DNA of 31,989 bases from a virus (IMGVR_UViG_3300033388_000562:1-31989), one strand, 5' to 3'; shown: positions 9,895 through 20,222, numbered from the stretch's first letter. Notes: a model not told the origin generated them from the letters alone. Numbers and translations are program-made.

Positions 9895-12324
9895 TTATCT
9901 TGGCTCAAACTCAGCTAAGTCGAAACCATCTAAGCTATCTTCGTTAGATTCAAAGTTTATAGGAGGTAGTTTCTCTTGTCTTTGTTGTATTAACTTAGAT
10001 TGCTCTGTGTTTTGTCTAGATATTCTATCGGACTTAGCATTTTCTCTAGCCGCCTCCCTTTCTCTTAGTTCATTTAGCTCGACTCCTTTTAGCTGCATCT
10101 GATACATAAACTCTTCCTTCATTAGAACTTTCTTGAGTTCAGCTTGTCTTTCCATCTTCTGTATCGCAAACTGGCTTTCCGCTTGTTCTATTTGTAGTTT
10201 AGCTTGTGTTTCTGCTTGTACTTTTTGCATTGCTGACTGGGCTGCTGCCTGTTGAGATTGCATATTTATTTGAGATTGCTGTTGCATCTTTTGATTCTCC
10301 CTGGCTACGTCTTGTTCTTGTTTTTTCTTACGTTTCAACTTAAGCATTTCGTTGGCCATTTTTAGATTCCTAACTTCTCTTATATCTATAGCGTCTTCTA
10401 AGCTTATTTGATCCCTCTGAAGAGCCATTTGAATATTTTGCTCAAGCATTGCTTTTTGCTCTTCATCTGGAGCTATTTCTAGAAATATTCCAAAATCATG
10501 TAGGTACAAATGTTTTATCTTATCTAATATAGAGACATTGTATTTCCCTATTTGATTAGCAAATTCTTCCTTAAAATCAGCGTACTCTAAAACATCAGCT
10601 ATTCTTGTTGATAAAGCTTCGGCTAGTTTCTGAGTTATTTGAATATTAGCATCAAGAATATGTCTAGTAGCTACATTAGAGTTTAAAGCTGCTAGTTTCT
10701 GAACACCAACTAAAGCGTCTGGATTAGGTGTAGATGCGTCTCTAGCTTCGTTTAAACCGGTTACATCTCTAATCATATTTAAGTAATGATTGTAAGTACT
10801 TATCAAACTTGACATTTTACCTTGCCCACTGTTAGTTCCTAGCTCCTTGATAGGGATTTTTCCTTGATTGAATTCACCTTCCTGAGTGTAGCTTCGTCCT
10901 ATTACACTACCAGTTTGAAAGTATAGCTTTAAAGCATCCTCTGGGTTATATGCAGCGCCAGTACCTAAGTCTACCTCATTCAATCCATCTGCGTCAATAA
11001 AAACACCGTCAGGAACCACCCTAGACATTACTTGCTGTAACTTCAAGTGTGTGATTTGAATAAGATCAGCGAATGGAATCATTCTTCTAACCAAAGACTC
11101 TACTACCCCCTTGTACATTCTAGGAGCAGCCCCTATGTAGGATGGTAAGGCGTACTGAGAAGAAGATTTAGGTCTAACCATATTCTTAGCTAACTCCCAT
11201 TTTAATACTTTTGGTGTTCCCATAACCATGATACCCTCGTACCATACGTCTATTCTTTTCTCTAGCTTTTCGAATCTTTCCTCTTCTTCAGGTGGATTAA
11301 AAGTGTCGTCTTTTTTAATTACTTTTTCGCCCCCATTGTCCATTATTTTTTTCTTATAAACCATTTTTTTAGTGGTCTTATAATTATAATACAATAGAGT
11401 TACTACGTCTTTTTGGAACAGGCTGTCTTGGTAAGGTCTGATTATTCCATAATAGTTATACCACAAAGAAGACATTTGAGCAATCTCCTCCATCTCTTCT
11501 AGCGATATGTCTGGGTTAATTTTAACTAGCTCTGTGATTGGAATCTGCTTGACTTCTCCAAAATAAAAGCAATCGTCAAAAGTAGGGCTTTCTGTGTAGC
11601 TATACACTAGGGCGGCAGGGTCCACATACTCTATACTAACACCGGAACCTAGTTTAAATTCATGCTTACAAAATGCTGTTCCTAAAACCATCATATCGTA
11701 GTTTAGTTGCTTTTGTATTCTAGATTTGTAGTGGTTTTGTTCCATTAAAGTATCTAACGCTTCCTCCTCTGCTATTTCTATAGCTGGTTTGTAGTTCATT
11801 TGCATATACAAAGACAACTCTTCATCTGAGTCTGGTAACTCGTCAGCCGGTATATTATACATGTCTAAATTGTATGTTTCTTTCGTGTACTCTAGTAATG
11901 GTTTTGAGAGCATGTCTGCCTGTACCACTTCTTGAAAGGCGTGTTTTTTCTCAGCTGACAAAGCATCTTGAGCTACAGCTTTAACATCGAAAATCCTATC
12001 TGCCATTCCGTTAACTACAATGTCTACGAATTTAGGAATGATAGGAACGGGAGTCCAGTCTAAATTTAAGTATGACAAATCTCCATCTACGGATATTTCG
12101 TTTTTATATTTACCTATAGGCTGCTCTCCTCTTGCGTATAATCTTAGTCTATGGAACTGAACCCATTGGTCATAAAACCTACAGCTGTTTCCGTCTCTAC
12201 GAAACCACTCGTACTGAATAGCCTCACCTATTCTTCTTCCATACTCAATTGTTTCTTTTTCAGAGTCAGACGCTTCTTGGTTCGGGAAAGTTGTAGGGTT
12301 TATTAAAATAATCGGTTCTTTCAT
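9895..12324 (-). CDS. Portal protein (809 aa)
   Basis: Directly after terL; LDWTPVPIIPKFVDIVVNG and IRDVTGLNEARD motifs; long Gln-rich C-terminal coiled coil like P22/crAss portal barrels. Confidence 0.85.
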   Translation of the reverse strand: MKEPIILINPTTFPNQEASDSEKETIEYGRRIGEAIQYEWFRRDGNSCRFYDQWVQFHRLRLYARGEQPIGKYKNEISVDGDLSYLNLDWTPVPIIPKFVDIVVNGMADRIFDVKAVAQDALSAEKKHAFQEVVQADMLSKPLLEYTKETYNLDMYNIPADELPDSDEELSLYMQMNYKPAIEIAEEEALDTLMEQNHYKSRIQKQLNYDMMVLGTAFCKHEFKLGSGVSIEYVDPAALVYSYTESPTFDDCFYFGEVKQIPITELVKINPDISLEEMEEIAQMSSLWYNYYGIIRPYQDSLFQKDVVTLLYYNYKTTKKMVYKKKIMDNGGEKVIKKDDTFNPPEEEERFEKLEKRIDVWYEGIMVMGTPKVLKWELAKNMVRPKSSSQYALPSYIGAAPRMYKGVVESLVRRMIPFADLIQITHLKLQQVMSRVVPDGVFIDADGLNEVDLGTGAAYNPEDALKLYFQTGSVIGRSYTQEGEFNQGKIPIKELGTNSGQGKMSSLISTYNHYLNMIRDVTGLNEARDASTPNPDALVGVQKLAALNSNVATRHILDANIQITQKLAEALSTRIADVLEYADFKEEFANQIGKYNVSILDKIKHLYLHDFGIFLEIAPDEEQKAMLEQNIQMALQRDQISLEDAIDIREVRNLKMANEMLKLKRKKKQEQDVARENQKMQQQSQINMQSQQAAAQSAMQKVQAETQAKLQIEQAESQFAIQKMERQAELKKVLMKEEFMYQMQLKGVELNELREREAARENAKSDRISRQNTEQSKLIQQRQEKLPPINFESNEDSLDGFDLAEFEPR

Positions 12325-12326
12325 TT

Positions 12327-14558
12327 TTACTTTATAATTGTGCTTAATGTTCCTTCATTATTATATCTTGCAAAGTTAAGGCTTATTTTTGATTCTTTTA
12401 CTTGAGGTTGATATAAGTGTTTTTGATTAGCCATAACCGCTAACCCTGAGCTAATTGTAGCATCAAACTTAGTCCTATTGTTTATATTAAATTTAGCCCA
12501 GTCTTCTAGTGTTCTTGTGAAGTACATAGAACCCATTTCATCACTGTCTCTATGTATTCCTTCGCTGTCTAATCCTACGTATTTTTCTATATATGACTCT
12601 ATAGCTGATGCGTGAGCTTGTTTAACTGCTTCAGATGAGTTAGGTATTCCTCCTAGTTCTTTTTCTGTTTTAGATAGATTTATTTTCTTTTTATCCGGTC
12701 TATTTAAACAGTATCCTCTATATCCTCTATTTTTAAAATGATATAATAATCTAGGCTTGTTATTCTCACATAGTATAGGCATTCCGTAAAATACGCAAGC
12801 CATTAGTACTTCTTCAAAAAATATTTCAGCTGTTTGTGGTCTAGCTACGTATTCTAAAAAAAACTCATTACTTGGAGCCTCATCCATATTAAACTTAGTT
12901 AAACCATGCAAGGCTCCGTTTGATCCTACCCCACCTACTGTTCCTGATATATCATAACTATCACACCCGAAGGATCCTAAGTGCTCGTTTCCAGGGAAGA
13001 ACTTACCACCTTTTTCTAGCTTTCTGTTTTGAAGATGTTTATTAGGTGTCCAGCAGACTCTAAATCTTCCTTTTTTATCTGGATACCAAACTACCTGAGT
13101 GTCTTTAACCCCGTCTTTCCATGTAAAACTTCCTCTTGTTATATAATTACTTTTACTTAGTGAATCATTATAATCTATTTGTTGGTATATTTTAGTCAAG
13201 TTAAATAAAGACTGTTTGCTTTCGTCTCTAAAAGCGTGTGATTCCGTTCTAGGGAATTGTCTGTAGAATTCATTTAAGGCATCTGCATCTCCTTTTAGTG
13301 ACTCTACTTCGTTGGTCCAGTAGTCAATAACACCTAAGTCTATCATGTCCCCATCAATACCTTCAATAGGTTTCTCTGGAGTGTCTAAAACAGGCTCCCC
13401 ATACATGTCTATATACCCTTCAAAATTGTGCTCCATAGGGATAAATAAAGAGTAGAGGCCAGATTTAGTCTGTCCATTAGCGTTCCTCTTGCTTACATCC
13501 GAGTCGTTATATAATTTTTTGAAGTTATTACCTCCTTTATCTAAAGCGTTTGAAGTACTCCCCATCATACATTTTCCCACCACCTTACTACCTAATCTTA
13601 GACATGTCTTCGTGACTCTCCAGTTGTTTAATATATTTTCTGGCTTCTCCCATTTACCGCTTTCGTCATGTATTAATAGTAGTAGCTTTTCTCCATCATA
13701 TGAGTTATCTGAAGTGTTTTTCCAGTCTATAACAGTATCTAAACCATCCATTGACACCTCATCGGTTTTATCCATGTTGTTTTTGGTTATCTTACTGGCT
13801 GGAACTCTATACCCTAGTTCTGTTTTTGGCTTATCCATACCATCTTGAATAGGCTTAAAAAAGAAAGGGTAATTGTTTGATATAGGAACAACTTTATCCG
13901 TAAACATTTTCTTAGCATCAGAACCTGTTTTAGATAATATTCCGACTCTAGCATCTCTTGTTATTGTGGCTTGATTAACCCCCTCGCAAGAACTCATAAA
14001 TGAGAAACCAGAACGTCTATTTTTTAAATAACACATACCAAAGCTTCTTTTATCTGCCTTACAGGCCTCCCAGAATATGTAAAAAATCCTATTAGATTCC
14101 CTAAAATCTGGCTTACCTACGTCTATTTTTGTCCAGTTTAAGTACATATAGTGCGTACCGGTAATGTAAGTGGGTTTATTATTGTTTGTAAACCAATATC
14201 CCTGCTCTCTGTTGTCGAACTCGTTACTTATATAGTCTACCCATTGGGACTTGAAGTTGTTATCTCTTTTTTGCCAATCAAAAATCGACTTTATGTTTTT
14301 AAATTCTTTAGGAGATTCTTTAGGTGTCCATTTATTGAACTTAGTGTTTATATTTTTTGGCTTACTTGGTAGAGCTACCTTTAGGTTTTGTATGTTGTAT
14401 ATCTCACCTATGGTGCCGTCTTTAGATATTACAACTATATCGTATTTTTCATTATAACCATAAGCCCAAGACTTAGCCTTATTCTTAGTGGTAATAACAC
14501 TTTTAGGTATAGCATCTTCTAAGACACTATGTAGTTTATTTTGATCGTTTCTCTGCAA
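12327..14558 (-). CDS. terL: Terminase large subunit (~743 aa; start uncertain, TTG)
   Basis: Variant Walker A LKNRRSGFS, Walker B LLIHDESGK, MMGSTSN coupling motif, RNase H-like nuclease GCDSYD...FDATISSG. Confidence 0.9.
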   Translation of the reverse strand: MQRNDQNKLHSVLEDAIPKSVITTKNKAKSWAYGYNEKYDIVVISKDGTIGEIYNIQNLKVALPSKPKNINTKFNKWTPKESPKEFKNIKSIFDWQKRDNNFKSQWVDYISNEFDNREQGYWFTNNNKPTYITGTHYMYLNWTKIDVGKPDFRESNRIFYIFWEACKADKRSFGMCYLKNRRSGFSFMSSCEGVNQATITRDARVGILSKTGSDAKKMFTDKVVPISNNYPFFFKPIQDGMDKPKTELGYRVPASKITKNNMDKTDEVSMDGLDTVIDWKNTSDNSYDGEKLLLLIHDESGKWEKPENILNNWRVTKTCLRLGSKVVGKCMMGSTSNALDKGGNNFKKLYNDSDVSKRNANGQTKSGLYSLFIPMEHNFEGYIDMYGEPVLDTPEKPIEGIDGDMIDLGVIDYWTNEVESLKGDADALNEFYRQFPRTESHAFRDESKQSLFNLTKIYQQIDYNDSLSKSNYITRGSFTWKDGVKDTQVVWYPDKKGRFRVCWTPNKHLQNRKLEKGGKFFPGNEHLGSFGCDSYDISGTVGGVGSNGALHGLTKFNMDEAPSNEFFLEYVARPQTAEIFFEEVLMACVFYGMPILCENNKPRLLYHFKNRGYRGYCLNRPDKKKINLSKTEKELGGIPNSSEAVKQAHASAIESYIEKYVGLDSEGIHRDSDEMGSMYFTRTLEDWAKFNINNRTKFDATISSGLAVMANQKHLYQPQVKESKISLNFARYNNEGTLSTIIK

Positions 14559-14817
14559 ATCCTTGGTAAGTTTCTTTTTCTATAACCTTATCCTCCAACA
14601 TTGCTTGTTCCTCTTGTATTCTTCTTAGTATTTCAAAAGCGTCAAATATAGCCAGCTTCTTTGTTGCCGCTGCATTTTTTAATCTATCAGCTGCTAAATC
14701 ATCTTCTGCTTCATATTTTATAATATCTTCTTTAGCAACTTTAATGAGTTCTCTTACTGCTATCTCACCAGCTTTTATAATATCTTCTTTTAATTTTTTT
14801 ACTATATCAATACGCAT
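14536..14817 (-). CDS. Putative terminase small subunit (93 aa)
   Basis: Small helical protein immediately upstream of and overlapping terL; ADRLKNAAATKKLAIFDAFEIL motif. Confidence 0.55.
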   Translation of the reverse strand: MRIDIVKKLKEDIIKAGEIAVRELIKVAKEDIIKYEAEDDLAADRLKNAAATKKLAIFDAFEILRRIQEEQAMLEDKVIEKETYQGFAEKRSK

Positions 14818-15368
14818 ATGTCTTTTGTTTTCATTCGATACAATATTTCTCCGTCTATTTCAAATTCATATTCTGATTCTGGCGTGAACACTACGGTATC
14901 TCCTTCAAACACATCTAAACTATTTAACCCTTCGTTGCCATACACTACCGTTCCTTGTAGTTCTTCGTGCTTATCTAGAGACATTAGTATGTCTTTTTTC
15001 TTTTCTATGGGTTTTATAAAACAATAATCTCCAACGGATTGCCATTTTTCTTTATGCTTAAATAGGTAAACTTGTTCTAAGTCAACAATATACGTATTAT
15101 CCTTAAAGTGACAAGGTCCAGATTGCTCATTACCTTTCATGTCGTAGAATTTTCTAAATATATTATGATGAAGGACTACAATGTCTCCTTTTTTTATAGA
15201 AGGAAAGAAGTTTACAACAGGAGTTTCTTGTATTACACCAAACCTATTTGTTGTAGTATGGTCTTCTTGAGAAGTACTTTTAATTAAAGTTTTGTCTCCA
15301 TACTTACTTATGTTGTCGTATCTGGTGTTATTTAAAGGAGTTATTAAAAACGAGTATGGTGATTTCAT
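14802..15368 (-). CDS. Tandem two-domain GroES/Cpn10-like co-chaperonin (188 aa)
   Basis: Two Cpn10-like halves: FLITP...GVIQETP...IKKGDIVVLH and DYCFIKPIE...GTVVYG...VFEGDTVVFTPESEYEFEIDGEILYRMKTKDI. Confidence 0.7.
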   Translation of the reverse strand: MKSPYSFLITPLNNTRYDNISKYGDKTLIKSTSQEDHTTTNRFGVIQETPVVNFFPSIKKGDIVVLHHNIFRKFYDMKGNEQSGPCHFKDNTYIVDLEQVYLFKHKEKWQSVGDYCFIKPIEKKKDILMSLDKHEELQGTVVYGNEGLNSLDVFEGDTVVFTPESEYEFEIDGEILYRMKTKDICVLI

Positions 15369-15369
15369 C

Positions 15370-15591
15370 TTAGTAGCTTACGTTATATTCTATAGATGAA
15401 GGCATAGAAACATTAAAACTTTTCCATAGAAATATTTCATCATTGTCATTCTCAACATAGACTCTTATTTCCCCATTAGCTTCTCTTCTTATTACGTGTA
15501 CGGTATATGTTTTTAAAACCTTTTGTCCTACTACATAATTCATAGAGGATTTATAGTCCGATCCAATCGAGACTTTCCTAATATATTCCAT
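15370..15591 (-). CDS. Small phage hypothetical protein (73 aa)
   Basis: Tightly packed ORF with an A-rich leader; IRKVSIGSDYK..M.Y.VGQ and WKSFN..MP.SIEY pattern. Confidence 0.7.
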   Translation of the reverse strand: MEYIRKVSIGSDYKSSMNYVVGQKVLKTYTVHVIRREANGEIRVYVENDNDEIFLWKSFNVSMPSSIEYNVSY

Positions 15592-15607
15592 TTTATTTTA
15601 TTTAATA

Positions 15608-18322
15608 CTAAGACATTACCATAGCAATCGCAGCAGGATCGCTAATAGGTGCCCCAGTTGTTCCAATTATGTATAAAGCTCCAACAGGTAAACCTCCTGC
15701 TAAAGCTGCTCCATTATTTGGGAATTGCAGTAAAGCTGTATTATTTCTATATCCATTAGCTAACGCCTCACTAAACTGAATGTAAGGGGCTGCAGGGCCT
15801 CCTACAGTACTAGCACCTGCTCCAATAGCTACTTGTGACGTTGCGGATGCTGAATTACTATTAGCACCTATAGCTGTGCCTTCTGGACCAGCTTGTGAGC
15901 CAAAACCCAATGCGACTGAATCATCTTGAGCTAAAGAGTTTTGACCTATTGCAGTTCCTTGAGGAGCCCCTGTTTGAGCTAAAACTCCTATAGCAATACT
16001 ACTAGGATGATTCCCTTGGGCTGAATCTCCAATAACCACACTTGAATTTCCAGAAGCTCCACTTGCTCCACCAATACAAACTGTACTGTTTCCACTAGCT
16101 GCAACAGCTGCGTTAAACCCTATTGCGATACTCACATCACCTGCTGAATTAGCTCCTTTTCCTATTACAATATTTCCACCTACACCTGCTGGGGTACTTG
16201 AACCATCTATTGAAGAAGCGTTAGCTCCTATTACTATAGCTCCTCTACCTTTAGCAGCGGCTGTTTGAGTTGATTGAGCATTGTAACCAAGAAGAACAGA
16301 GTCTGTTTCAATAGCACTTGGTCCATTACCTCCAGTACCTCCTCCTATTACAACACTAGTGTTTTTTGTGCCAGCTTGAGGTCCGATAGCTACACCATCT
16401 AATAAACCAGCGTCTTGTGCTAGGTTTCCAACTACAATGTTTGCACTTCCTGTGGTGATACCGCTACCTGCGTTAGCTCCTATTAAGGTGTTAAAATCAG
16501 TTGCGCCTAAGTTACTTCCAGCTGAATATCCTACAGCTGTGTTTCCTTCTCCTGTTGTTAAGAATAAAGCCTTATAACCAAAAGCTGAACTTTCTGGTCC
16601 TGCGGCTGATAATAGAGCTGATGAGCCCATTGCTGTATTTCCAGAGTTGGTAGTTCCTCCACTACCTGCATTAGCTCCTACATAAGTATTGTCAGTACCT
16701 GTGCTATTATTAAAACCGGCTGATATTCCTACAGCAGTATTTAAGTTACCACCTGTTTGAATGCTTTGTAATGACGAGGCTCCAATAGCTACACAGTTTT
16801 GTGGTGCTTGCGTAGCTCCACTTCCTTGTAAAGCTTGTTTACCTATCCCTGTATTGTCTGAAGCGTCTATATATCTCCCTGAGTTATATCCTAAATAACT
16901 AGAACCTGATGTGTTAGTTACGCCACTACCTGCATTTAACCCTATTGTTGTATTGTTTATTCCAGAAGTTATATTTCCTAAAGCGGTAATACCTACAGCT
17001 GTATTTGAAGTCCCTGTAAAAGTGGCTCCATTTCCGTTCATTGATTCGTTACCGATAGCTAAATTAAAATTAGCATCTAGAGCCATATCAAAATATCCAA
17101 AACCTCTAAACAAGCTTGAAGTTAACCCACTTGGATCAACTGGATATCCACCCATCTGTATGTCATATACCTTTGCCGCAGGTGTTACACTGTCGTCTAT
17201 TGTTATTTTATTTGTATCTACTGCTTTTCCTATATTTGGAACGGTGTTTGATCCAATAAAAATGCTTTTCCCTGGTAAGTTTGGTATGTCGTTTGACCTT
17301 TGAGTAGACGATACATGCATAGAACCACCAGCTCCTGTCTTGGTAATTACACCTACGTTTTGAACTAAGTCGGTTGATGCACTTGGTCTATCGTAAGTTA
17401 ATCCTAACTGAGCTGTTACAGCGTTGTATGCTATTGCGTACACAATACTACCTACTCCACCTGTACCAGCGATAAGAGTCTCGTTTATATCTAATTCCCC
17501 ATTAACAACAACTTGAGTATCATTCCCTATGGCTGCTGCTGTTTTTATTAAACCAATAGCAGGCATTTCACCTGCAACTGCATTGTTTATTAAGTCCACA
17601 GTTATATAACTATTAGGCCCTGATGGTGTGCCAGCAACATAAACAGGTAAACCCACTGGAAAAGTGGCTGGTCCTGTGCTTGCTGCTTTAATATGTACAT
17701 CTTCAACAATGTTTTTTGAACCTAACGTCCCTGGTGAAACCCACTCAGGAGTCCCAGCTGATCCATTACTTATTATAATATCTCCAATATTCCCATATCC
17801 CACTCCTCCAGTGTTTCCAAATTGTATTGGGCCTTGAAACACCCTTAAAGCTGCAGCGCCTGTAAAGTTACCTACAACTTGTGCAGCTGAATTAGTTCCA
17901 TTTGTTGAAAACTTAGCATAACTAGCTGTACTATTTCCTATTACTGTGTTGTCTATATTACCTCCGTTTATATCTACTGTGGCTAATGTAGAAAGTCCAA
18001 CAACGTCTAAAGTGGTACTAATTGATGCAGCTCCTGTTAGGTTGATATTTCCGGTTCTTGTTATGTCTCCTAAACCTAGTAAGTTTCCTGTTAAATTAAT
18101 ATTACCTGTTAAAATAATATCTTGAGTGGCAGTATTTCCTGCATCTAACACTTCTTGAAGGGTTACTTGTCCTTGAGATATTACATCTGCTAACGCTTGA
18201 ACTGTAAAAGTTTTTGTCTGTAAGCTAGGACCAGTCCCGACCGCATCAGTTCCTATTAAATAATCGGTTAAGTTTACTGGTGATTGATTGGGATATGCGG
18301 TAGTGTTAGATATTTTAGCCAT
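15608..18322 (-). CDS. Tail fibre/adhesin with YadA-head-like beta-roll repeats (904 aa)
   Basis: Gly/Ala/Asn-rich; many ~14-17-aa repeats (NTAVG..A, SIAIG..A.A) in the C-terminal half; TLQEVLDAGNTA motif near the N-terminus. Confidence 0.8.
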   Translation of the reverse strand: MAKISNTTAYPNQSPVNLTDYLIGTDAVGTGPSLQTKTFTVQALADVISQGQVTLQEVLDAGNTATQDIILTGNINLTGNLLGLGDITRTGNINLTGAASISTTLDVVGLSTLATVDINGGNIDNTVIGNSTASYAKFSTNGTNSAAQVVGNFTGAAALRVFQGPIQFGNTGGVGYGNIGDIIISNGSAGTPEWVSPGTLGSKNIVEDVHIKAASTGPATFPVGLPVYVAGTPSGPNSYITVDLINNAVAGEMPAIGLIKTAAAIGNDTQVVVNGELDINETLIAGTGGVGSIVYAIAYNAVTAQLGLTYDRPSASTDLVQNVGVITKTGAGGSMHVSSTQRSNDIPNLPGKSIFIGSNTVPNIGKAVDTNKITIDDSVTPAAKVYDIQMGGYPVDPSGLTSSLFRGFGYFDMALDANFNLAIGNESMNGNGATFTGTSNTAVGITALGNITSGINNTTIGLNAGSGVTNTSGSSYLGYNSGRYIDASDNTGIGKQALQGSGATQAPQNCVAIGASSLQSIQTGGNLNTAVGISAGFNNSTGTDNTYVGANAGSGGTTNSGNTAMGSSALLSAAGPESSAFGYKALFLTTGEGNTAVGYSAGSNLGATDFNTLIGANAGSGITTGSANIVVGNLAQDAGLLDGVAIGPQAGTKNTSVVIGGGTGGNGPSAIETDSVLLGYNAQSTQTAAAKGRGAIVIGANASSIDGSSTPAGVGGNIVIGKGANSAGDVSIAIGFNAAVAASGNSTVCIGGASGASGNSSVVIGDSAQGNHPSSIAIGVLAQTGAPQGTAIGQNSLAQDDSVALGFGSQAGPEGTAIGANSNSASATSQVAIGAGASTVGGPAAPYIQFSEALANGYRNNTALLQFPNNGAALAGGLPVGALYIIGTTGAPISDPAAIAMVMS

Positions 18323-18584
18323 TTTCTTTTTCTTTTATTTCACCAGTTTCTATGTTTATAACACAGTCTTTGCCATATTTTTCCATTAAACTAGCTTCTA
18401 GAGTTGTAAAATCTGACCTAAGTTTATTTACTTCGGTAATTATTAATGATTTTTTAATTTCTAAGTCTCCTAGTTGAGTTTTGTACGTTTGAAAAAGTTG
18501 ATTTAACTCTCGAAGTTGTTTTAATTCTTCTGTTGTTACTTTATCCGCTTCTTCGTTAATTAGTTGTTCTTTTACTGCTTCCAT
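18315..18584 (-). CDS. Small coiled-coil protein, possible fibre assembly chaperone (89 aa)
   Basis: Heptad pattern ending EKYG...INIETGEI; overlaps the start of the fibre gene. Confidence 0.55.
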   Translation of the reverse strand: MEAVKEQLINEEADKVTTEELKQLRELNQLFQTYKTQLGDLEIKKSLIITEVNKLRSDFTTLEASLMEKYGKDCVINIETGEIKEKENG

Positions 18585-18619
18585 TTTAATTGATTTTATT
18601 TAATTGATTGTTACTATTG

Positions 18620-18627
18620 CAAAGATA
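18620..18627 (-). promoter_or_regulatory. Bacteroidota -7 box TATCTTTG
   Basis: TAnnTTTG match, intergenic before ATG 18584. Confidence 0.75.
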
Positions 18628-18628
18628 G

Positions 18629-19096
18629 TTATTTTTTATCTTTCATTGAGCTTCCGTAGAAATATCCAAAGATACTGACAATTATTCCTTCCGATATTCC
18701 AATTAAGTGAATCCAAATATGCTTGTTAACTTCAGGAACTTCTATATAAATAATAGCATACACTAAAAAAACAAAGACACCTAAACCTATGAATCCAGTT
18801 AGGTTAAACATGAAATCAAACTTTCTTATTTTAGCTAAAGCCACTTCTCTTTGGCGAGCTGAGTCTCTATCTTCTACTTCCGCTTTATAAGCTTCTACTA
18901 GTTGATTATGAATTAATTCCCTTGTTTCTGGGTCAATGTTATCATCTAAGTCAATGAGATTTTTAACAATTCCATATACCCCTTGAGAAGGTAATACATC
19001 TCCAACTACATCTAAAATTTGAGGAGCTTTCTCTTTTAGAAACATCCCTACTTTAGTATTTTTAAATTTTTTTCTATTTTTATTTTTATCACTCAT
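18629..19096 (-). CDS. Putative holin (155 aa)
   Basis: Adjacent to the lysin; EDRDSARQRE motif followed by two hydrophobic helices and YFYGSS, as in the GTA 3TM-holin-like family. Confidence 0.65.
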   Translation of the reverse strand: MSDKNKNRKKFKNTKVGMFLKEKAPQILDVVGDVLPSQGVYGIVKNLIDLDDNIDPETRELIHNQLVEAYKAEVEDRDSARQREVALAKIRKFDFMFNLTGFIGLGVFVFLVYAIIYIEVPEVNKHIWIHLIGISEGIIVSIFGYFYGSSMKDKK

Positions 19097-19667
19097 TTAG
19101 TAATGTATATGTGAAACTGTTACCCCAGTACTTCTCTGCCTTTTTACATAGACTTATGAATACATCAAACTCGTCTGAGTTTTGAAATACTTGACATCCA
19201 GCTGAATATCCATCCACCGTTTCTCTTTCCCCTTCACTCGCTTTATGTATATTGATTCCAAAGTAGCCTGAAATTATTGAATCAGAAATCATATCGTAAT
19301 CTTTATCTTCGTTTTCGTCTCTGTATACCTCTACTTCTCCACCCCTCTGTGTTAATGCGGTGTATGTATGGTGTGTTCCCAGCTTCCATACTCCCTTATA
19401 CTGATTAGGAACTAATATAGCACAACCCTTAGGGTTCATAGGTTTTTCTAGATATTTTAGTCCTGGTAATGTAGTGGCTTGAAACTCTAAGTAATTCCAA
19501 CGTCCTTCATACTTCCAAAATATGCATATATAATCATTAAAAAGATTAGTAGTGGGCTTACTACTTCTTACTCCTACAATATTTAAGTTGAATGGTTTAG
19601 AGTCAGTCTCAAAAACCGAGTATCCATTCTTACTCATTAAATCTTTAATGTAGGATATTTTACTCAT
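19089..19667 (-). CDS. Putative endolysin, L,D-transpeptidase-like fold (192 aa)
   Basis: GINIH...YSAGCQVF His/Cys catalytic motif; NLNIVGVRS, TTLPG, VYRD; flanked by membrane proteins. Confidence 0.7.
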   Translation of the reverse strand: MSKISYIKDLMSKNGYSVFETDSKPFNLNIVGVRSSKPTTNLFNDYICIFWKYEGRWNYLEFQATTLPGLKYLEKPMNPKGCAILVPNQYKGVWKLGTHHTYTALTQRGGEVEVYRDENEDKDYDMISDSIISGYFGINIHKASEGERETVDGYSAGCQVFQNSDEFDVFISLCKKAEKYWGNSFTYTLLNE

Positions 19668-19980
19668 TGTTTCTCTTTCTGCTAGCGTTCTTTTTAGCGC
19701 TTAAAAGTATTCTCTCTTCCATTCTAGCTAACTTTTCCCTTAGAGCTGTATTTTCAGTAATTAAGCTGTCTATTTTTAATTCTAACGCCCCAATTTTGTC
19801 TTTTAACTCTTCTATGACTGTGAGTGATAGGTTGTCAATTCTTTCCTCCTTAGCAGCTTTAATATCTAGCTTTTTCTTTATAATGTCCCATATTGATTTT
19901 AATCCTAGGGCTCCTACAAGACTAGTGATAACCATTAGGAGAGAGTGATCTTCCATTTGTATGTTTGTATTAGTTTTCAT
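19660..19980 (-). CDS. Membrane-anchored coiled-coil protein of the lysis cassette (holin/spanin-like, 106 aa)
   Basis: N-terminal hydrophobic helix LLMVITSLVGALGL followed by a long coiled coil. Confidence 0.55.
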   Translation of the reverse strand: MKTNTNIQMEDHSLLMVITSLVGALGLKSIWDIIKKKLDIKAAKEERIDNLSLTVIEELKDKIGALELKIDSLITENTALREKLARMEERILLSAKKNASRKRNNE

Positions 19981-20222
19981 TCATCTGTTTCTGGCTCATA
20001 CCAAGCTGGACTCTTCATTAAGTCCTTAGCGTCAGAATGGTTTAAAATTGAGTTAGGGACTACTTGTCCATTATTAATAAATGTAGGTTCTACTTGGTAA
20101 GATAAAACAAATTCTTGATTATTTAGCGATTGTCTAACTGTAGTATCAGTAGTTTGAGATACTTGTGAGAAATCAATCAGTTCTAAATCCTCTATATTGC
20201 ATATTGCGTATGTTTTTTCCAT
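19977..20222 (-). CDS. Small acidic hypothetical protein (81 aa)
   Basis: Clean ORF coupled to both neighbours; IDFSQV.QT...T.RQS motif. Confidence 0.65.
   Translation of the reverse strand: MEKTYAICNIEDLELIDFSQVSQTTDTTVRQSLNNQEFVLSYQVEPTFINNGQVVPNSILNHSDAKDLMKSPAWYEPETDE

Noticed and set aside
15608-17100. DGR target or nucleotide tandem repeat in the fibre gene
   Set aside because: The repeats are degenerate at protein level only; no reverse transcriptase or template/variable repeat pair was seen.
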